Shown here: in pieces, positions 9,120-15,807 of the stretch
Layout of the letters: every line of letters starts with the position of its first letter
Position numbering within the stretch: position 1 is the first letter of the stretch
Source: Myxococcales bacterium
GTDB lineage: Bacteria > Myxococcota_A > Polyangia > Polyangiales > Houyiibacteriaceae
Length of the DNA: 64,000 bases
Reading direction: 5' to 3'
Assembly (NCBI GenBank): GCA_019637115.1
Contig: JAHBWH010000022.1
Coordinates: 762 to 64,761, forward strand
The notes under the pieces: generated by a model
What the model saw: only the letters and a program-made list of their open reading frames with translations
The model's database searches: none
Told to the model about the DNA's origin: nothing
Position numbers and translations under genes: made by a program

Positions 9120-9198
9120 CATGGGCGGCTCGACCCGAGATGCGCAGCTCCAACCCTTCGCGCTGAGGCGAGGGTGCCTACGGGTCGAGCCGCCCATG
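9120..9198. repeat. Perfect 18-bp inverted repeat (CATGGGCGGCTCGACCCG ... CGGGTCGAGCCGCCCATG) with a 43-nt spacer
   Basis: Read directly. It is intergenic, between the Kelch gene and the next lipoprotein gene. Confidence 0.85.
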
Positions 9199-9316
9199 CC
9201 CTCGCGCGGTCCCGACCGCCCGCACGCCGGCCTGAGCTTCCCGCTCTCGTCCACCTCTGGTCCTCCTCCCGTCCTCCGCGCTCCGCGCGAGCCGAACGCT
9301 CGAAAGACCGCTGCTC

Positions 9317-10717
9317 ATGATGCTTCGATACCAACGCTCGCCTCTGCTCGTCTCTCTGCTCGTCGCCCTCGGTACCGTCGCAGCGCCTGGCTGTGGCGAC
9401 GACGGCTCGTCTCCCGCAGTCGACGCTGGCGCCGACGCCGCACCGCCGACCGACGTGGGCGTCGACGCGGAGGTCCTCGTCGACGGGGGCCCGGACCACA
9501 GCGACGCGGGAGACCGTGACGACGCGATGATCGTGGTCGACGGTGGATCCGATGCAGGCGAGCTCGATCCCACCCGCTGCACGACGACGCTCACGCCAGC
9601 GGAGGGGGGCTCGTTCGTCGAGCTCTGCCGCCCAGCCGCGCCCGTGCGTCACGTGCGCATCGAGGGGCTGCTGGCGCCCGCCGTGCACGCCTCGACGCAG
9701 GTGGTCTTCGGCTTCGAGGCGCCCCCCGCGGGGCCTCAGGTCGATCTCGGCGAGGGACAGCTGCGCGTGCTCTTCTACGGCGGGTCGACGCCAGCTCCGC
9801 CGCCGCAGGCGCAGGTCGGCTTCGCGGGCGCAGGAGCGACGCTCGGAGCGCGCGCGACCTTCTTGCACACCCCGTCGACCGTCTGCTTCGACGTCCAGGA
9901 CGGCGACGCCGAGACGGCGCCCTACGTGGTGCTCTGGCTCGATGGCCACGCGGGAGCGGATTGCCACGACCGCGCGACGCTCACGCTCGAGAGCGTGTAC
10001 GGGCTCGAGCTCGTCTTCGGAGGCGCGACCGGCGCGGTGGACAAGATGCGTCCGGTCTACGCACGGCAGGCGTCGGGCGTCGAGGCGTCCCCGGTGGTCA
10101 CGCTCTTCGACACGCCCGCGCTCGACGTCGAGACCACGGCCGGTGCGCTGGGCTGCGAGACGACGTGGACCGAAGACACCGAGTGGCAGTCGGTCTGCGC
10201 GCCGCGCGCGGGGAGAGCGCGGCACTATCGTCTCGAGGGGATCGAGGCGACGGCCAACAACGCATACTTCTACCTCGTCGTCGGTGAGGAGCCGGCGCCG
10301 GCTGGCAACCCCGCGCAGGGCCAGGGCAAGCTGATCCTGACCGGAGGGCGCTCCGCGTCGGGGCAGTCGTGGACTTGGTTCCGCTTCGACGGGAGCTCGA
10401 CGACTCAGTTTCGCTTCCCGACCCCCGACAGCGACACGCCGCTCTACACCAGCGGACCGACGACGATCTGCCTCGACGTCGACGCAGACCCGGAGGGCGA
10501 CGTCATGCTTCGTTTCTGGGCGACGGGCGCGGGCGGCGCGGACTGCGAGGATCCCGAGACACTCACCTCTGCGACCGCGCTCTACGAGAGCGAGGCCGAC
10601 GCCGAGGCGACGTGGTGGGCGGCGCCGCTCGCCGAAGGCGAGACCTTCGTCAAGGTGAACGACACGGCGGCGCGTCTCGTGCGCGTCTTCGCGTCGGCGC
10701 TCCCGCTCGGCCGCTGA
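9317..10717 (+). CDS. Secreted lipoprotein with an internal two-fold duplication (466 aa)
   Basis: Lipobox LLVALGTVAAPGCG. The two halves share the pattern C...C..(R)H(V/Y)R(I/L)EG...T(V/I)C(F/L)DV...V(L/M)(W/F)...GAGGADC.D..TLT. Confidence 0.75.
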   Translation: MMLRYQRSPLLVSLLVALGTVAAPGCGDDGSSPAVDAGADAAPPTDVGVDAEVLVDGGPDHSDAGDRDDAMIVVDGGSDAGELDPTRCTTTLTPAEGGSFVELCRPAAPVRHVRIEGLLAPAVHASTQVVFGFEAPPAGPQVDLGEGQLRVLFYGGSTPAPPPQAQVGFAGAGATLGARATFLHTPSTVCFDVQDGDAETAPYVVLWLDGHAGADCHDRATLTLESVYGLELVFGGATGAVDKMRPVYARQASGVEASPVVTLFDTPALDVETTAGALGCETTWTEDTEWQSVCAPRAGRARHYRLEGIEATANNAYFYLVVGEEPAPAGNPAQGQGKLILTGGRSASGQSWTWFRFDGSSTTQFRFPTPDSDTPLYTSGPTTICLDVDADPEGDVMLRFWATGAGGADCEDPETLTSATALYESEADAEATWWAAPLAEGETFVKVNDTAARLVRVFASALPLGR

Positions 10718-10730
10718 TCGGTCGTACGCG

Positions 10731-10827
10731 GGACGTGGGTCCACGTCAATGCCGGTGAGCCGTCGGGCTCAACGCGCCGACCGCTCGGCGCAGGTCGCGT
10801 CGTTCTCCCACGTGACGAACGCGGCGA
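10731..10827. repeat. Copy A of a 97-nt dispersed repeat, beginning with the 16-bp palindrome GACGTGGGTCCACGTC
   Basis: Aligns by eye with 19014-19110 with 7 mismatches in 97 nt. On the minus strand it contains the last ~19 codons plus stop of a small ORF (..AAFVTWENDATCAERSAR*). Confidence 0.85.
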
Positions 10828-10902
10828 GAGGGGACGCGCGCGGCGAACGAGCGTTCCAGCGGGTGCGCCCGTCGAGCACGCTCGTGGCCCCCGGTGCGAC
10901 GC

Positions 10903-11369
10903 TCACCGCCAGCCGGGGAGCGGTGCCTTCACCTGATACCGACGCAACACCGCCTCGAGGTCCGTGGCCAGCTCCAGATCTCCGCCGATCCGCATCGCCA
11001 TCAGGATGTTCGCGGTCTGCACCGCCATCTTCAGCAGAGGCGTGCTCCCCACGACCGCGATCGCGTGCTTGAGGTAGCCCGGTGCCCGTCGCTTCATCCG
11101 CTCAAGGTAAGCCTTGCGGGCCTCCGAGTCGTAGCTGCGGAGGCCGCGCCAATCGTGGATGATGATGAGGCCCCCTCGGCCTCGATCTCCCGCGCTCGCC
11201 GTTCGATCACGTGGTCGATCGCGTCGTGCAGCGCGTGGACCGTCTTCAACGTCGCGTGCGCGTCGGCGAGCTGGTTGACGAAGACCGCTGGCGCGGTGAA
11301 CCAAGCAAACCCGAAGCGCGGGTCGTGGAGCTGCTCGGGCCAACGATCGAGGGGTGGATTCGCGCGCAT
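10903..11369 (-). pseudogene. Hypothetical small protein gene with an apparent frameshift at a G5/C5 run (~11173-11177)
   Basis: The N-terminal part is in the frame of ORF 11094-11888 (MRANPPLDRWPEQLHDPRFGFAWFTAPAVFVNQLADAHATLKTVHALHDAIDHVIERRAREIEAEG). The C-terminal part is in the frame of ORF 10903-11460 (GLIIIHDWRGLRSYDSEARKAYLERMKRRAPGYLKHAIAVVGSTPLLKMAVQTANILMAMRIGGDLELATDLEAVLRRYQVK...). Confidence 0.55.
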
Positions 11370-11439
11370 GAGGGGTCGACCGCTCACGGAGCATACCACC
11401 CCCGCGTGCGCGCCACGCCGCCGCGCGCCACGCTGCCGC

Positions 11440-11751
11440 GCGACACCGACGGCGCGACACCGACGGCGCGACACCGACGCCGGTACCGACGCTGCGACAC
11501 CGAGGCTGCGAGCGACGCCGACGCTGCGAGCGACGCCAACGCTGCGAGCGACGCCGCGACGCCGACGCTGCGAGCGACGCCGCGACGCCGACGCTGCGAG
11601 CGACACCGCGACGCTGCGAGCGACGCCGCGACTCCGACGCGCGACACCGACGCGCGACACCGACGCCGCGAGCCGGTGGTGCGTCGGATCAGCGGGGCCG
11701 CTTCGGCTCGACGGCGCCGCTTCGGCTCGACAGCGCCGCTTCGGATCAGCA
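11440..11751. repeat. Composite GC-rich short tandem repeats (gcgacaccgac units, gacgctgcgagcgacgcc units, and 3 x 19-nt g(g/c)cgccgcttcgg(c/a)tc(g/a)(a/g)c)
   Basis: Read directly. It lies between two same-strand genes, and the last units abut the stop codon at 11746-11748. Confidence 0.8.
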
Positions 11752-12324
11752 GAGCCGCGTGAAGCAACCGGTCTGCATGGCGCCCCGCAGGCTGCTCGCG
11801 ATGTCGCTCGCGAGCGGGTCCAGACTCGCGAGGCGGTCAGTCCGGTCGACCCGCACCGCGCGGTGCGCGAACTGGTCGTCCTCGCCACATCCGCTCCAGA
11901 GCGAGTAGCCCCAGCCGTCCGCTTCGCTCCAGAGGTCGACGTAGATGTGTCGGGCCTCGCAGATCACGTGGCTCGCCGGATCCGCGACGCTCGCGTCGTG
12001 CCGCACCTGAGACATCATCGGCGCCGCGTCGCCGCGGAGCGCGAGCGCGAGCTCCTCCGCGAGCGACTCGTAGATGAGCGCGCGCTCGCCAGCGGGGAGC
12101 GACATGCCCACGTCCTTGAACGAGATGAGCGCGAAGGGCGCCTCCACCACCTCGATCAGGAAGGGGGAGTAGACGGGGTCAGGCGTCTCGGGTGCGAGGG
12201 CGACCGGGGCGACTGGGGCGACCGCACTGCTCACACCGCTCGAATGGCTCCCGGCAGAGCTCTCGCGGTCGGCGCCGCACGCGAAGAGAAGGATGACCGG
12301 GAGGAGACGAAGCAGGCGGGCCAT
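11746..12324 (-). CDS. Lipoprotein, hypothetical (192 aa)
   Basis: MARLLRLLPVILLFACG lipobox. It forms the C-terminal part of ORF 11746-13014, with ATG at 12322-12324. Confidence 0.65.
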   Translation of the reverse strand: MARLLRLLPVILLFACGADRESSAGSHSSGVSSAVAPVAPVALAPETPDPVYSPFLIEVVEAPFALISFKDVGMSLPAGERALIYESLAEELALALRGDAAPMMSQVRHDASVADPASHVICEARHIYVDLWSEADGWGYSLWSGCGEDDQFAHRAVRVDRTDRLASLDPLASDIASSLRGAMQTGCFTRLC

Positions 12325-12551
12325 GGGGAGCGTCGCCAGATGATGACAAATCTCAGCCCTATCCGCACGCCCACGGCTTCGATGCCAGCGATCAGCGGGC
12401 GCCGCGCGCACCCCCGCCCCTTTGAGCCAAGCTCGAGCCAGGCGTTCAGCGGGCCGTGCGCGCACCCCCGCCCGCTCAACGGCCGCCCCGAGCTCCCCGC
12501 GATCGGCGATCGGCGGGCACCACGCCCCCCTCTCCCCCTCGAGCGCAGCGA

Positions 12552-13328
12552 TCAGCGCGCCCCGCGCGTCAGCCACTGCCGGGTCATCCAGCCCACGAGG
12601 TGCTGGAGGCTGAAGCACTCTGGCGGGTGCAGCGACTCGGGATCCGCTGGCGCGCGAGCGTCGATCGTCTCGCGCGTCGAGGAGACGCGGATCGGCGTCC
12701 AGGCGGTGTCGTCGATGCGCGCGGCGCGGCAGTTGCCCCGCCGGTGGACGTTCGCCCACCGCTCGTCGAGCTCGCGCAGCTCGCCCCGGCCGAGTGGGCG
12801 CGCCTCGGTGCTCGCCGGGCATGCGGTCTCGGCGCTCGGCACCTCGCAGCCGACGAGCCCGGCGCTCGTGGCCTCGACCCGCAGCCACCGACCGTCGGCG
12901 TCCAAGCGGGCGACGACGACGCGATCGCGGAGCGCGTCGCTCGCCCCTTCGGTCGCGCGGTCGGCGGCGGGCTCGTCGCGCGGCCCGCCGACGTCGTCGC
13001 ACGAGTGCGCGCACTGCCCGGCGACGCAGCGGGGCTCGACCGCGCAGGCGCGTGGCGGCGTCGGAGACGGGATCGCAGGACAGACGACGCCCTCACAGCG
13101 GCGAGCGCGGGTCGCGCGCCGCCACTCGTCGAACGCGCGGCTGACCACCTCGGCGGGCACGCCGGTGTCACAGCAGAGGTCGGGGGAGGTCAGCGGCGCC
13201 GCCACGCAGTCGTCGTCCACGACGCAGCTCGCACGATCGGGCGCGCCAGGTTGTCCTTCCACCGTGGCGCCCTGCCGCGAGCCGGAGCACCCGACGAGGG
13301 TGAGGACGAGGAGCAGGAGCCAACGCAT
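12552..13328 (-). CDS. Cys-rich lipoprotein, hypothetical (258 aa)
   Basis: MRWLLLLVLTLVGCSG lipobox, with ATG at 13326-13328 inside ORF 12552-13511. Confidence 0.65.
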   Translation of the reverse strand: MRWLLLLVLTLVGCSGSRQGATVEGQPGAPDRASCVVDDDCVAAPLTSPDLCCDTGVPAEVVSRAFDEWRRATRARRCEGVVCPAIPSPTPPRACAVEPRCVAGQCAHSCDDVGGPRDEPAADRATEGASDALRDRVVVARLDADGRWLRVEATSAGLVGCEVPSAETACPASTEARPLGRGELRELDERWANVHRRGNCRAARIDDTAWTPIRVSSTRETIDARAPADPESLHPPECFSLQHLVGWMTRQWLTRGAR

Positions 13329-13389
13329 AGGTGAAGCGTAGGCCGCGGAGTCCCGTGCTGTCATCGCTGCGTTGGTGGGGGTGCGGGCC

Positions 13390-14394
13390 TCAGTCTGTGA
13401 AGCGCGCGAAGAAAGCAGCCGCGGCGGCGGTGCCGAAGCTCGGCCACACGTGCCCGCCAGGGTGCTCGCAATAATGGACGGGCGTGCTTTCGACGCAGCC
13501 GTCGTACGCAACGCACGGAGAGGGCTCGACCGCTCCCCTCGTCGCGTCGCAGCCCGCGGCGTCGCGGAAGAAGTCGCGGAACGCGGCGCGGCCGGCGTTC
13601 AGCTCCATCGCGCCGATGGTGATCCACGCCGCAGGCGTGCTGACACACTCACCCTCGCCGAAGTAGCGCACCGAGCCGCCGACCGCGATCGCGCGGATCC
13701 ACTCGCGGCGGCAGGCCAGCAAGCCGGAGAAGGATCCGCCGCCCGAGAAGCCCATCGAGAAGATCGCGTCGTCGTTCACGCAGAGCGATTCGCGCAGCGT
13801 GCTGCGGATGGCGTCGAAGTAGGCGAGCTCGAGCTCCACGCGGGCAGGCCACGTGTCGGCGGGCATGTCGTAGTCGCGCCAGTTGCCGCCGATCGCCTCG
13901 GCGATGACCAAAATCGCGGCGTCGCCGAAGGCCTCTCGCACGTTGCGGTCGCCGCTCGTTCCGTTCCAATACGACGCGCTGCCGCCGTTGCCGTGGAGCG
14001 CGAGCACGACCGGCCACGAACGCTCGCGGGTGTATCCGCTCGGCACGTAGAGCAGGAATCGACGCTCCATCCCGTCGAGCGTGAAGCGGTGCTCGCCGCT
14101 CTCCAGGCCCTCGCCCTCGACGCAGCCGGGGCTACCGATCGGGCCCGCGTCGTGCCCTGCGTCATCACCTGGCTGCGTGGCGTCGCCGCCCGAGTCGCGT
14201 GGCGGGACGAAGGCGTCGAGTCCGTTGGCGTCCTGCGGCGGGAGCCTGGCATCGGTCGAGGCGTCGGGCGCCTCGTCGTCGCCTCCGCAAGCGAGCGCGA
14301 CCAAGAGCGAGAGTGAGAGCGAGCGTGAGAGCAAGAGGGCGCGAGTCGTCACGGGCGACGAGGGTCTCACGCTGGCTGACCACGCGCTACTCAC
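13390..14394 (-). CDS. Secreted alpha/beta-hydrolase, PHB-depolymerase/feruloyl-esterase (LpqC-like) family
   Basis: Lipobox LLVALACGG; RRFLLYVPSGYTRERSWPVVLALHGNGGSASYW; nucleophile-elbow-like FSMGFSGGGSF; C-terminal HYCEHPGGHVWP. Confidence 0.7.
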   Translation of the reverse strand: MSSAWSASVRPSSPVTTRALLLSRSLSLSLLVALACGGDDEAPDASTDARLPPQDANGLDAFVPPRDSGGDATQPGDDAGHDAGPIGSPGCVEGEGLESGEHRFTLDGMERRFLLYVPSGYTRERSWPVVLALHGNGGSASYWNGTSGDRNVREAFGDAAILVIAEAIGGNWRDYDMPADTWPARVELELAYFDAIRSTLRESLCVNDDAIFSMGFSGGGSFSGLLACRREWIRAIAVGGSVRYFGEGECVSTPAAWITIGAMELNAGRAAFRDFFRDAAGCDATRGAVEPSPCVAYDGCVESTPVHYCEHPGGHVWPSFGTAAAAAFFARFTD

Positions 14395-14483
14395 GCGGGG
14401 AACGCTCCGGTTCCGCCCTCGCCACGCCGCTGGCTCCCCACAGCCCGACGCGGGAGCTCCTCATGCCGCCATGCGCGCATGGC

Positions 14484-15497
14484 TCAGCGTCGGCGCGGAG
14501 GCGCCTCCCAAACGGGGAGCAGCGCGCCATCCCGGCCGCGCGTCGCCTCGCGCGCAGCGACGTAGCGCGCGAGGCCGTGCGCGAACGTGGCGAGCGCGAG
14601 GCCCGCGATCACGTCGACAAGCCAATGCCAGCGTAAGAACATGGTCGCGACGATGATGTTCGCGGCGAAGAAGGCGAAGACGGGCCACGCCCGACGGAAG
14701 AGCGGCGTGTGGCGCCAGCGGCGCGCGTGGAGCGCGAAGAGCGTCGGATAGGCGGTGTGCAGCGACGGGAAGATGTCCATCTGGGCGCCTGCGCGTGCGA
14801 CCACCCGCTCGACCTGCGCCCAGAAGAAGCCTCCACGCAGGGGCCCCTCGAAGTCCGTCGCCCCGACGGGGCCGACGCCCGGCACGAAGGTGTAGAGAAC
14901 GTGACCGATCGACGCGACGAGGAGCGCGCCGATCATCAGCTCCGCCATGCGGCGCCCACGGTCGCAGGCCAGCGCCGGCACGATGACGAGCGGCATGAGC
15001 AGGAAGTACGAGAAGTAGAAGAAGGCGAACCACTCGACCACCCAGGGCTCGTTGAAGCGCTCGAACCAGACCGCGGGCGTCACGCCGACCAAGCGCTCGT
15101 CGAGGCGGTGCAGCAGGCCGTCCACGAGCGATGGGTCCAGCGCGGGCAGGAGCACACGCATCTGGAAGTAGCTCGCGACGATCGGCACGAAGAGGCCGAG
15201 CCGGTACACCCACACCCGCGCGTGGCCGGGCCGCAGGAGCTCGCCGCGCGTCAGCACGAGCGCGGTCGCGGTGGTCGCGAGCAGAGCGGCGCTGGCCTGG
15301 GCGGCGAGCGTCGCGTCGGCCGAGGGCGGCGCGAAGCGGAGGCGCGCGAGCATGAAGAAGTGGAAGGCCAGCGCGACGTGGTCCTGGAACGCCAGGTTCA
15401 TTCGGGCCCGCGTCAGCAGCTCGCCGAGGGTGCGCGTAGGCCGGAGGTCGGGGAGGTCCGTGGGCATGCGCTCTTGGCAGAGCACACACCGCGCCAA
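14484..15497 (-). CDS. PAP2-superfamily integral membrane protein
   Basis: Multiple transmembrane segments. FPSLHTAYP ... RWHWLVDVIAG matches the PAP2 C2/C3 motifs (PSxH ... HxxxD). The start is uncertain; the alternative is MPTDLPDL. Confidence 0.7.
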   Translation of the reverse strand: MARCVLCQERMPTDLPDLRPTRTLGELLTRARMNLAFQDHVALAFHFFMLARLRFAPPSADATLAAQASAALLATTATALVLTRGELLRPGHARVWVYRLGLFVPIVASYFQMRVLLPALDPSLVDGLLHRLDERLVGVTPAVWFERFNEPWVVEWFAFFYFSYFLLMPLVIVPALACDRGRRMAELMIGALLVASIGHVLYTFVPGVGPVGATDFEGPLRGGFFWAQVERVVARAGAQMDIFPSLHTAYPTLFALHARRWRHTPLFRRAWPVFAFFAANIIVATMFLRWHWLVDVIAGLALATFAHGLARYVAAREATRGRDGALLPVWEAPPRRR

Positions 15498-15807
15498 ACG
15501 AAATCATTGATGTTTCGCACTCACAAAATACCGGCCGCCCGACCTAATTTTCACACTGATGCTCGTTTGCCACACCTTCCTGGCGGGTCCATCCTGTCGC
15601 GCGCGCGACGCCCCACGCTCGAGGGCGGTCACGAGCTGACCAGGAACTAGGGGGCCCCGCGGGGCTTCACACCCCGTGGGGGAGGGGCTGGCGACCTGGC
15701 GACAGCCCTCATAGGAAGCTGACCCCGCGCCGATGACGCACGTGGCAGCCAGCGGCGGCAGCGCGCGCGGAAGCGGAGCGGAACACGGCGCACTCCAAGC
15801 GCGGCAC

